From assembly GCA_964496825.1 (NCBI GenBank), contig CAZCBO010000001.1:1-51331 (forward strand): a DNA stretch of 51,331 bases, read 5' to 3'. This DNA comes from an uncultured Acidimicrobiaceae bacterium (GTDB taxonomy: Bacteria; Actinomycetota; Acidimicrobiia; Spongiisociales; UBA5794). The translations under genes and the position numbers were made by a program. The notes under the pieces are model-generated. The model was given only the letters and a program-made list of their open reading frames with translations. It ran no database searches and was not told where the DNA came from. Every line of letters begins with the position of its first letter. Position 1 is the first letter of the stretch. Shown one piece after another: positions 23,440-31,933 of this stretch.

Positions 23440-25943
23440 CCGCTCAACACCCTGGTGTCGCCCGTCGTCGGGCTCCGGTCGAGCTCGATGAGGTCCTCGA
23501 TCCGATGCCGCAGCTCGGGCACGTGGCTCACCACCACGACCAACCGGTTCCCGTCCTCGCTGACCAGCGACTCGATGCCGCTCATGGCCAGGTCGAGGTG
23601 CTCGGGATCGAGCGTCCCGAATCCCTCGTCGAGGAAGAAGGCGTCGAGGCGTCCGCCGCCGCGCGCCACGATCTCGGCGAGCGCCAGCGCCAACGCCAGC
23701 GAGGCCAGGAACGTCTCCCCTCCCGAGAGGCTGTCGGCCTTTCGGATCGCATCCGCCGCCGTCAGATCGACGATCTCGAAGGCACCGTCCTCGGTGAACC
23801 GATAGCGGCCGTTCGTCAGCAGCTGGAAGTGCTCGCTTCCCAGCTCGGCGAGCCGTCGTCGTTCGTCGTCGAGGAGGAAGCGCACGAACCGAGCGTCGGT
23901 GAGATCGGCTGCGAGCACCTTATGGGTCTGCATCGCGGCGACGTGGGCATCGCGGCGGGCCACCTGCTCTGCCATACCCTCGAGCTGCTGCTCCGCTCTT
24001 TCCACCTCCTCACGCAAAACCGCGACCCTCGACCGCAGGCCGCCAAGCGCCTCGTCGAAGGATCCGGTCACGCCGAGCTCGTCCATGGTCGCGGCGAGGG
24101 TCTTGGCCTGGTCCTCGGCAGCCGACGTCGCCTCGTCGCGGCGCTCCGTGGCTTCGCGGACCAGCCGATCCGCCAGCGTCCGCAGGGTATCGGCCGCCTC
24201 GGCGATCGAGGCGGCGTCGTCCCCGAAGGCCGGCGCATCGGCGATGCGGGAGGCGACACCCGTCAGCGCAACCCGCAGATCGCCGAGCCGCTTTGCGGCG
24301 GCTTGCTCGGCCGCGATGGCGGCATCGTTGTCCGCAATCGCCCGGTCTCGTGCCGCCGTCGCCGCATCGAGGGCGGCGCCGGCGGCTACCAGTTCCTCGC
24401 GCATTGCGGTGAGCACCGGCTCGACCTCCTCCGACCCGAGGAGCTCGACGAGCGCGGTCCGCGTATCGGCTGCCGCCTCGGTGGCCTGGGTGATGCGGTC
24501 TTCGACCTCGGCGAGGCTGTCGGCGGCGTCGGCGGCGCGCCGCTCCGCCTCGCGCAGGGCGGTTCGCGCCGACTCGAGGGAGCCCGACGCCGTCGTGTGG
24601 GCCTCCTCGGCTTCGCTTCGGTCGCGGCGTGCCGAATCCAGCGCGGTGCGCGCCTGCTCGAGATCGATGCCGGCGGTGATGGGTGGAACGGGATCGACCG
24701 TCTGCTCGCATACCGGGCAGCGGTCTCCTTCGCGCAGCTCCCGGCGCAGGGCAGACGCCATGTCGGCGTGGGTCGCTTCGTGCAGTGACTCCTCCGCTGC
24801 TGCGAGGGATTGCGCCGTCTCCTCGGCGCGTTGCGCGGCGGTTCGTGCGTCGCGTTCGGCGAGCGTCACGCGATCGGCCTGGCCGGCTACCTCGGCGGTC
24901 GCCTGCTGCAACCGATCCCTGCTGCGCGCCAGGGCGGCGTCGGCTTCCCGAACGGCGGCATCTCGCTCGTCGCCTGCGGCCATCAGGGCGGTCGCGGCGG
25001 CGACCTGGTCGCGGATCGCCGCCGCGGCCGCCGAGCGCTCGTCGGCTTCCTTGAGCTGGTGCCGCGCCTGCTCGAGCCGCTCCGCCGTCGTCGCACGCTG
25101 CTCCGCAGCGGATCGGGCCGCGGCGAGCGTCTGCTCGAGATCGGTCTCGCTGGGAAACGCCTCGAGTGCCCCTCGCAGCTCGGACAGCTGCTTCTCGGCC
25201 GCGCTCGCCTCCTCTTCGGTGGTTGCGATCGCGGTCGTGAGCTCCTTGACCTTCGGCTCCGCCTCCTCCAGCACCGAAAGCCGGTCGGCATCGGCGGCGA
25301 GGGCGGATCTTCTCGCCTCGGTCTCCACCTCGAGCTGGGCGAGGTGCTGCACCGAGACCGTGGCCTTCTCCGCCTCGACCTCGGCTTCGCGGGCTCGTTC
25401 CTTGGCCAGGGCACGCATGCGGTCGATACGGTCGAGGCCGAAGACACCCTTGAGCACCTTGTCGCGCTCGGCGGGCGGAGCAGTGAGGAATTCTGCGAAT
25501 CGTCCCTGGGCGAGCAGGACCGAGCGGCCGAAGGCATCGAAGTCGAGCCCGAGCAGCTCGGCGATCCTGCTCGTGACGTCGGCGTCGCCGGTGATCTGCT
25601 CCAGCTTCTCGGCGCCTTCGGAGTCGTCCTTCAACCGGTAGAGGGCGTGGTCGCCTGCGCCCTTGCGCCGCAGCATCCGCTGGGCCTCCCACAGCTCGCC
25701 GTCGACCTCGAAGCGGAAGGCGACCGCTCCGTGGTCGGCGCGCTGGTGAATGAGGGCCTTGGTGTTGCGGCCCAGCGATGCCGTACGCCCGTAGAGCGCA
25801 AAGGCGATGGCGTCGAGGATGGTCGACTTGCCGCTGCCGTTCGGGCCGACGATGCCGACCAGGCGCCGGTCGCGAAAGTCGAAGCCGGCTTCGTCGCCGA
25901 AGTAGGAGCGGAAGTTCCGCAGCCTGAGGTCAACCGGGCGCAC
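23436..25943 (-). CDS. sbcC: SbcC/Rad50-family ATPase (835 aa)
   Basis: Has Walker A GPNGSGKST, a long Ala/Glu/Arg coiled coil with a CPVC zinc hook, the signature LSGGETF, and Walker B FFLDEGFGTLD. The GTG start is at 25943. Confidence 0.9.
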   Translation of the reverse strand: MRPVDLRLRNFRSYFGDEAGFDFRDRRLVGIVGPNGSGKSTILDAIAFALYGRTASLGRNTKALIHQRADHGAVAFRFEVDGELWEAQRMLRRKGAGDHALYRLKDDSEGAEKLEQITGDADVTSRIAELLGLDFDAFGRSVLLAQGRFAEFLTAPPAERDKVLKGVFGLDRIDRMRALAKERAREAEVEAEKATVSVQHLAQLEVETEARRSALAADADRLSVLEEAEPKVKELTTAIATTEEEASAAEKQLSELRGALEAFPSETDLEQTLAAARSAAEQRATTAERLEQARHQLKEADERSAAAAAIRDQVAAATALMAAGDERDAAVREADAALARSRDRLQQATAEVAGQADRVTLAERDARTAAQRAEETAQSLAAAEESLHEATHADMASALRRELREGDRCPVCEQTVDPVPPITAGIDLEQARTALDSARRDRSEAEEAHTTASGSLESARTALREAERRAADAADSLAEVEDRITQATEAAADTRTALVELLGSEEVEPVLTAMREELVAAGAALDAATAARDRAIADNDAAIAAEQAAAKRLGDLRVALTGVASRIADAPAFGDDAASIAEAADTLRTLADRLVREATERRDEATSAAEDQAKTLAATMDELGVTGSFDEALGGLRSRVAVLREEVERAEQQLEGMAEQVARRDAHVAAMQTHKVLAADLTDARFVRFLLDDERRRLAELGSEHFQLLTNGRYRFTEDGAFEIVDLTAADAIRKADSLSGGETFLASLALALALAEIVARGGGRLDAFFLDEGFGTLDPEHLDLAMSGIESLVSEDGNRLVVVVSHVPELRHRIEDLIELDRSPTTGDTRVLSG

Positions 25944-27099
25944 CAGTTACCTCCTCCAGCACGGATGTGAAGGCTTCGAGCAGTGCGGCGGACGGCTCGG
26001 TCTCATGGGCCTCGACGTAGTAGTCGTGATACTGCTCGACCAGAGGGCGGTGCGCGGCGACGGGACGCTCCTGCTCGGGTCTCGGGTAGTCGGGCCTCAC
26101 CTTGACCAGGTAGTCGAACTCATCGAAGGCTCGCGCGGCGAGCCCGGGATCGGGCCCCGCGGTCTCCACGGTGAGGTCGAGATAGGCGTCGTGGATGCCG
26201 TCCATGCCGAGGAGCTCATCCCACGGACCGCGGGGTCGCAGCAGCCGCCGCCCGCCGCCGAGCGGCACCGACCGCACCGTCGCCGGCAGGCCGGGCTCGG
26301 CCTCGACGACCACCACCCGCTTCTGCTCGCCGGCCTCACCGAAGTCGAGCTCGAGGAGCGAGCCGGCGTACTCGGCGGGGACCTTGGCACCGGGCACCGG
26401 CTGGGGCGCATGGATGTGGCCGAGCGCCACGTACTGGGGACCCGGTGGGATGGCCTCTGCGGTGGCGGTGTAGGCCTCGCCCATGTGGAGCTCCCGCTCA
26501 CCGCGGGGAGCCCCGTGGCCGTGGACCTTGACGCCGCCGACGAGGAAGTGGGCGACGAGGAAGGTGACGGCTTCGGTGCCGGCCAGCGTCGAGGCGTGAG
26601 CGCTGTAGGCCTCGGAGATGGCACGCAGGCGGTCGGCATACTTCTTGTAGTGCTCCTCCGGGGGCTCCCAGACCTCGAAGCTCTTCCCCTGCCGCAGGAA
26701 CGGGAAGGCCGAGACGACGGCCCGCCCCGCCCGCGTCTCGAGATCGAGGACGCCGCCCTCGTCCGGCCGTTTGATCCCGCCGACCAGGTGCACGTTGACG
26801 CTGCGCAGGAACGGCGCCAGGGCATCGAAGAACCCCGGCGAGTCGTGGTTGCCGGCGATGACGACGACCGGCCTCCTCCCGCCGTCGCTCAGCCCGACGA
26901 GCCCGTCGAGAGCGATGTTGAGCGCCTCGACCGGCGGCAGCGGCCGGTCGAAGAGGTCCCCCGAGTGGAGGACGAGATCGACCTCCTCGGAAGCGCCGAT
27001 GTCCACGACTTCGGCGATCACCTCGCGGTACTCGTCGGAGCGGTCGTAGCGCCCGAGCTTCTTGCCGACGTGCCAGTCCGAGGTGTGCAGGACCCTCAC
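25930..27099 (-). CDS. sbcD: SbcD/Mre11-family nuclease
   Basis: Has the phosphoesterase motifs HTSDWHVG, SGDLFD, AGNHDS and LGHIH. GTG at 27099 overlaps the herA-like stop (GTGA). Its 3' end overlaps the sbcC start by 14 nt. Confidence 0.9.
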   Translation of the reverse strand: MRVLHTSDWHVGKKLGRYDRSDEYREVIAEVVDIGASEEVDLVLHSGDLFDRPLPPVEALNIALDGLVGLSDGGRRPVVVIAGNHDSPGFFDALAPFLRSVNVHLVGGIKRPDEGGVLDLETRAGRAVVSAFPFLRQGKSFEVWEPPEEHYKKYADRLRAISEAYSAHASTLAGTEAVTFLVAHFLVGGVKVHGHGAPRGERELHMGEAYTATAEAIPPGPQYVALGHIHAPQPVPGAKVPAEYAGSLLELDFGEAGEQKRVVVVEAEPGLPATVRSVPLGGGRRLLRPRGPWDELLGMDGIHDAYLDLTVETAGPDPGLAARAFDEFDYLVKVRPDYPRPEQERPVAAHRPLVEQYHDYYVEAHETEPSAALLEAFTSVLEEVTGAPG

Positions 27100-28844
27100 A
27101 ACCCCTCGAAGGGATCGGTGCCCGAGGTGTCGACCTCCTCCTTGCGCGTCGCCCACGGCGGGAAGGGGAAGTCGACGACGATCGGCACCGGGATCGAGGG
27201 CTGGGACAACACCATCGTGCCGGGCTTGAGGAGACGTGCCCGCGCCCGGGTCGAGGGCAGCATCCAGCCGTACTCGGCGCGCTCGGCCTCGGCGGCGTCG
27301 AGCCGGCCCGCTACCCGGATCGCCGCGTTCTCCATCACCTCGGGGGCCACCTTCGACGCCGTCTGCTGGGCCCCGACCAGCAACACGCCGAGGCTCCTCC
27401 CCCGCTGGGCGATGTCGATCAGCATCTCCTTGAGCGGGCTCGAGCCATCCCGCGGCGCGTACTTGTTCATCTCGTCGAGCACGACCACCGACAGCGGAAG
27501 GCGCTGACCGGTTTGCTCCTTCTCGTCGAAGGTCTCTGCCAGCAGCGCGCCGACGACGAAGCGCTGGCCGAGATCGTGGAGGGATTGGATCCCGACCACC
27601 GTCACCTGTGCCGCGGCCCGGTCGATGCGCCTGCTCTCCCCCGCCCTGATCATCTGGCCGAGCCGGTTCTCCGCCGCGTGGAGCCGGCGGAGGAAGGCCG
27701 AGACGGTGCCGCCCTGCACCCTGCCCGTCCATCGCGGATCGGGCTCTCCCTCCTCGGGATCGATGTACTCGGCGATGCCCTCGATCAGCGTCCGCAGATC
27801 GACGATCACCCGCTCGCCCTTGTGCGGCACGATCGGCTGGCGGGGGTCGTCGACATCGGCAGGGTCACGGAGCACGACCGCGCCCGGCATGCCGTCGACG
27901 TCGATGGCGTAGCGACGGAGCTGGGCGCGCACCCGCTCCTCGATGAACGACAGCTGGTTGCGGAAGTCGGAGGCATCGGTGAAGAGGAACCGGAGCAGCC
28001 CCTCATCGATGAACTCGCGCGGGGTCCAGGCGAAGGCTTGCACGCCTTCCTGCCGCCCGCCGGTGTCGGGGACGAGCACGTCGCCGCTGCGGGGCCGTGG
28101 CGGCGCCCAGAACGCCACCGACGGGAAGGGCGCCGGCTCGACCCCGAGCCGTTCCCACTTGGCCGCATCATCGGGAGTGAAGGCATTGTTGGGCATGTCG
28201 AGCCACAGCAGGTCCTCGCCCTTGACGTTGAAGACGAGGATTCGGAGATTGGCCGCACCCTCGCCGAGCACATCGGGACGGGCCGAGAGGAGCCGCAGGA
28301 AGAACAGGGCAAAGGAGGTCTTGGTGGCGACCCCGGAGATCCCCGAGATCGACATGTGCCCGCCCTTGCGCCCATCGAAGAAGTCGAGGTCGACCGACAC
28401 CGGGTCGCCGTCGCGTCCGATGCCGGCGGGAAGGGGCCGTGCCATCTCGTCGACATAGAGCGCCTTGTCCCGCTCCTCGGCGTGGGCCCGTTCCACCACT
28501 TCGCCCGGGTCCGCCGACACCCACAGCTCGGGGTCGACGCGGGTCACCTGGACCCGCGCCGAGCGGACCTTGGCACCGGGGAGGATGCCCTCGGCGGCGA
28601 TCCGGTGCGTGTCGGACTCGTACTGGGCGCCCTCGTAGACCGCCTCGGCCTCGGTGACGACGCCGTAGGTGCGCACCTCGCCGTACTTCGGAACTTGCGT
28701 CCGCACGACGACGAGGTCGTCGAGCTGGAGGTACTCGTCGTCGTCGAGGACGACGCGGAACTCGCTCGTCGAAGTGTGCTGCGTGCCGAGAACACGCCCC
28801 ACGCCGTGTTTGCCCCCCACCCCCATCTCCCCGTTCTCACTCAT
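27096..28844 (-). CDS. herA: HerA-like (DUF87/FtsK-HerA superfamily) ATPase
   Basis: Has an N-terminal barrel-like segment (GRVLGTQHTSTSEFRVVLDDDEYLQLDDLVVVRT), a P-loop region (HMSISGISGVATKTS), Walker B (LSVVVLDEMNKYAP) and QRGRSLGVLLVGAQQTASKV (Arg-finger/sensor region typical of HerA). ATG at 28844 overlaps the upstream stop. Confidence 0.72.
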   Translation of the reverse strand: MSENGEMGVGGKHGVGRVLGTQHTSTSEFRVVLDDDEYLQLDDLVVVRTQVPKYGEVRTYGVVTEAEAVYEGAQYESDTHRIAAEGILPGAKVRSARVQVTRVDPELWVSADPGEVVERAHAEERDKALYVDEMARPLPAGIGRDGDPVSVDLDFFDGRKGGHMSISGISGVATKTSFALFFLRLLSARPDVLGEGAANLRILVFNVKGEDLLWLDMPNNAFTPDDAAKWERLGVEPAPFPSVAFWAPPRPRSGDVLVPDTGGRQEGVQAFAWTPREFIDEGLLRFLFTDASDFRNQLSFIEERVRAQLRRYAIDVDGMPGAVVLRDPADVDDPRQPIVPHKGERVIVDLRTLIEGIAEYIDPEEGEPDPRWTGRVQGGTVSAFLRRLHAAENRLGQMIRAGESRRIDRAAAQVTVVGIQSLHDLGQRFVVGALLAETFDEKEQTGQRLPLSVVVLDEMNKYAPRDGSSPLKEMLIDIAQRGRSLGVLLVGAQQTASKVAPEVMENAAIRVAGRLDAAEAERAEYGWMLPSTRARARLLKPGTMVLSQPSIPVPIVVDFPFPPWATRKEEVDTSGTDPFEGL

Positions 28845-29791
28845 GTCAGCACTCCACCCGCAGTGGCCGCTCGCAGCGCACGGTAGACGAAACCCGGGTC
28901 GCCCATGCGTCTCCTCAGGTCGCGTTCCAGGGCCGCGATCGGGACCAGGTTCTGGGGCGCCCGCGGATCGAGGTGCTGCTCCGAAGCCACCGCGGGCAGC
29001 AGCGCGGTGACGCGGTCGGCCATCCGTTTCGCGGTTCCGAGGTCGATGTGGCTGGAGACCTCGGCGCGGGCGATGCCCGACCAGGCGTGGCCGTGGGCGA
29101 TGTCGGCGAGGCGGAAGTACCACGAGTAGCGCGGGTAGGCCCCGCCGGCGCCGATGAGGAACAGCGGGGTGCGTTCGCCGGCGCGCAGGGCACCGACGAT
29201 GCCGGTGCGCTGGTCGCTGAGGTACGGACGACGGTGGGTCTTGATGAAGCCCACCTTCTCGGTCGCCGAGAGATCGTTGATCGGACCATCGGCGACGACG
29301 AACACCCCGCTCCTGGCCAGCTCCTCCGAGAGGTTGGCCTCGGCCTTGCGCATCTGGCCGTGGAGGGACTGGATGAGCCCCGAGGAGTCGGTTCCGGGCA
29401 CCGACTCGGTGCGATAGGACAGCTCCGCCGAGATGGCCGGCATCGGTGCCGCCTTCCCGTCGCCGAAGATCGCCACACGATCGACCATCGCGTGGGTCAC
29501 CTCCGAGCGGGGCACGGTGCGATCCCACCGTACCGAGCCGACGGCGTAGGTCCCGCAGATCCCCGACACCGGCGGTCCATTGCCGTCTTCCAGCGTCAGC
29601 CGGGCGTCGACGCGGCGAACCCCGTCGACGAAGGCGACCGCGTCGACCCCGTCGTCGCTCCCGGCGATCGCGTCCCAGCCGCCGGGAACCTCGACGGTCT
29701 CGTCGACCCGGTCCTCGTCCGCCAGCGATTCATCGGTTTGCAGCGGGCTTCCATACTCGGGAGCCCATCCCTCGACGTGGATGCGCGCCAT
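28841..29791 (-). CDS. NurA-like nuclease candidate (RNase H-like fold inferred)
   Basis: The call rests on its position immediately upstream of, and coupled to, the HerA-like gene. It also has NurA-like pattern elements: VAFVDGVRR (the DG[S] start motif), VGFIKTHRR (sK-type strand), YSWYFRL and DPRAPQNLVPIAALERDLRRRMG. ATG 29791 is preferred. The 29792..29917 extension has low third-position GC. Confidence 0.5.
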   Translation of the reverse strand: MARIHVEGWAPEYGSPLQTDESLADEDRVDETVEVPGGWDAIAGSDDGVDAVAFVDGVRRVDARLTLEDGNGPPVSGICGTYAVGSVRWDRTVPRSEVTHAMVDRVAIFGDGKAAPMPAISAELSYRTESVPGTDSSGLIQSLHGQMRKAEANLSEELARSGVFVVADGPINDLSATEKVGFIKTHRRPYLSDQRTGIVGALRAGERTPLFLIGAGGAYPRYSWYFRLADIAHGHAWSGIARAEVSSHIDLGTAKRMADRVTALLPAVASEQHLDPRAPQNLVPIAALERDLRRRMGDPGFVYRALRAATAGGVLT

Positions 29792-29928
29792 GGGGCGCGA
29801 TGGTACCGAGGGGGTGTGACAGGTTCGCGTCACGAGGGGTCGGCCGTATTCCCACCCAGCCACACGGTAGAAGGCCCGATCAGGGTCGGAGGTCCCTACC
29901 GCCCGTCGGCGTGACACGCAACCATCAA

Positions 29929-29943
29929 ATCATCTATTATCGA
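29929..29943 (-). promoter_or_regulatory. AT-rich 15-nt motif, copy 3 (TCGATAATAGATGAT on minus strand)
   Basis: Differs by one mismatch from copies 1 and 2 and is in inverted orientation. It lies in the 280-bp divergent region, 137 nt from the nurA-like start and 128 nt from the ABC permease start. Confidence 0.55.
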
Positions 29944-30071
29944 TTATTGAGGCTCCTGCGCATAGCACCGTCGGACGTCGGAGGCGCGATGCCCAGAAGG
30001 GCATGGTTGGACGGCACCGGATCTCGGGGGGATGGCCCGCTCAGCCCGATCCCTGGAGGTGAGGCTGGCTG

Positions 30072-30941
30072 ATGGATCTCTTCAGCGACGCCATAGTCAT
30101 CGGGTTGACCGAGCAGGCGCCGCTCGTTCTGGCCACGATCGGGTTCGCCCTCCTCTATCGCCTCACCGGTCTCATCAACGTCGCCTACTCCGAGACCATC
30201 ACGCTGGGTGCCTACCTCGGGATGTGGGTCAATACGACCTTCGGGTTCAACTTCTACGCCACGCTCATTCCCGCGGGGATCCTCGCCGGGCTGTTGAGCG
30301 TCGGAACCTACTTCCTCATCTTCCGGCCGGCGCGCAATCGCGGCGTCGGGGTGCTCGAGCTCATCATCATTTCCTTCGGCCTTTCGATCTTCCTCCGCTA
30401 CGGGCTCCAGTTCGTCTTCGGCTACGTCGTCCGCTTCTACGACGTGCCGCCACCGGACACGATCCGCGTGCTGGGCGTCGGGGTGTCGACGTTCCGGCTG
30501 ACCGCCTTCGCCAGCGTGATCGCCCTCGCCCTGCTGCTCTGGTGGGTCATCCAGCGCACCGGCCTCGGCCTCCAGATCAGGGCGCTGGCCAGCGACGAGG
30601 ATCTCGCCCAGGCGAGCGGAATCAGGCCGCTGATGGTGACCACGCTGATCTGGTTCATCGCCGGTGTCGCCGGCGGGCTGGCCGGGGCGTTCTACGGCGT
30701 CGGATCCTCGGTCAGGCCCTGGCTGGGATGGGAGGAGTTTCTCTTCATCTTGCTGATCACCCTGGTCGCCTCCCAGAGCATCCGCAGCATCATCCTGGTC
30801 GGGCTCGGCACCGGTGTGGTGCTGGCCGGCTTGACGCTCGAGACCGGCGAGCCGCTCTACTCGCAGCTCTTCCTGATCGTGGCCTTCATGCTCATCTTGA
30901 AGTGGCGCGGGAATCCGGCCGCCGAAGCGGGGAAGGTCTAA
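30072..30941 (+). CDS. Branched-chain amino acid type (HAAT) ABC transporter permease, LivH-like
   Basis: Hydrophobic 289-aa protein with the LivH-type N-terminus (IVIGLTEQAPLVLATIGFALLYRLTGLINVAY). Confidence 0.85.
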   Translation: MDLFSDAIVIGLTEQAPLVLATIGFALLYRLTGLINVAYSETITLGAYLGMWVNTTFGFNFYATLIPAGILAGLLSVGTYFLIFRPARNRGVGVLELIIISFGLSIFLRYGLQFVFGYVVRFYDVPPPDTIRVLGVGVSTFRLTAFASVIALALLLWWVIQRTGLGLQIRALASDEDLAQASGIRPLMVTTLIWFIAGVAGGLAGAFYGVGSSVRPWLGWEEFLFILLITLVASQSIRSIILVGLGTGVVLAGLTLETGEPLYSQLFLIVAFMLILKWRGNPAAEAGKV

Positions 30942-31933
30942 TGAGTCTCGACTGGCTCTCGGCGTTCTTGGTCTTCGGATTGTTCTACGTAGTGATGGTG
31001 ATCGGCCTGGCGCTGTTGCTCCATCTCCAGCTGGGACTCGCCGGGCTGGCCAACTTCGGCATCGTCGGCTTCTGGGGCATCGGCATGTACGGCTTTGGCG
31101 TCGCCTTCGTTCGCATCGACTGGCCCTTCGGGCCGATTCCGGCGCTGATCGTCTCCATGTTGATCGGAGCGGTGGTGGCAGCATTGGCGGGCCTGGTCGT
31201 CGGGTGGTTGATCTCCGACCTCGACATCGACGGCACCCTCGTCGGCACGCTCGGCTTCGCCACGATCGTGTGGATCCTGGTGACGACCCAGGTCAGCCTC
31301 ACCGAGGGAGCCCGGGGCATGGGCGGGCTCAACCTCCCCTACGACATCGGGACGCAGAAGGACAACGAGACGCTCTGGCTCGGCATCCTCCTAGTGATCG
31401 TCATCGCGGTCCTGTACTACGTCGGTCGGGTGCACCGGGTGCCCTACGGGCGGCTGCTGATCGCCGTCGGTGGCAACGAACCCCTGGGACGCAGCCTGGG
31501 GAAGTCGACCTACCGCACGAAGATGTCGCTCTTCGTCGTCGGCTCGGCAGGCATGGGGCTGCTCGGCGCCATGTACGGGATGATGGTGCACTTCCTCACC
31601 CCGAACTTCGTGTCGATCGAGATCACGCTCGCCGCCATGGTCGGGCTGGTCCTCGGGGGCTCGGCGCGGGTGTGGGGAGCGGTCATCGGCGTCCTGCTCA
31701 CCGCCGGGCTGTTCGACATCGTGATCCAGGTCTACGCCCCGCTCCCCGACGACCTGTTCCTCCAGGCCATCCCGGTGCTGCGCGAGATGATGTTCGGGCT
31801 GACGCTCATCCTCGTGCTGATGTTCCGCCCGCTCGGGATCCTCGGTGAGATGCGGCGCGACAAGCTGATGCGTGACCTGCACGGCGAGGAACTCGAGCCG
31901 GCAGGAGCGGTGGAGGTCGTCGGCAGTGAGTGA
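30941..31933 (+). CDS. HAAT ABC transporter permease, LivM-like
   Basis: ATG at 30941 overlaps the previous TAA by 1 nt. GLAGLANFGIVGFWGIGMY and LIAVGGNEPLGRSLG are typical of LivM. Confidence 0.85.
   Translation: MSLDWLSAFLVFGLFYVVMVIGLALLLHLQLGLAGLANFGIVGFWGIGMYGFGVAFVRIDWPFGPIPALIVSMLIGAVVAALAGLVVGWLISDLDIDGTLVGTLGFATIVWILVTTQVSLTEGARGMGGLNLPYDIGTQKDNETLWLGILLVIVIAVLYYVGRVHRVPYGRLLIAVGGNEPLGRSLGKSTYRTKMSLFVVGSAGMGLLGAMYGMMVHFLTPNFVSIEITLAAMVGLVLGGSARVWGAVIGVLLTAGLFDIVIQVYAPLPDDLFLQAIPVLREMMFGLTLILVLMFRPLGILGEMRRDKLMRDLHGEELEPAGAVEVVGSE

Noticed and set aside
23899-25692. Two very long alternative-frame ORFs inside sbcC (23899..25641 + and 24010..25692 -), and apparent repetitiveness of the DNA
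   Set aside because: The region encodes the Ala/Glu/Arg-rich coiled coil of SbcC. GCN/GAR/CGN codon runs keep several frames open and give a pseudo-repetitive look. I found no true tandem repeat unit or CRISPR-like repeat-spacer structure.
29792-29917. An upstream GTG start (29917) extending the nurA-like ORF by 42 codons
   Set aside because: Third-position GC of the extension is only about 69 percent by my count, against the much higher values I expect for genuine genes here. The peptide (MSRRRAVGTSDPDRAFYRVAGWEYGRPLVTRTCHTPSVPSRP) has no family features. It would also bring the start to within about 12 nt of the AT-rich motif (29929-29943), leaving almost no room for a promoter between them. 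It cannot be fully excluded.
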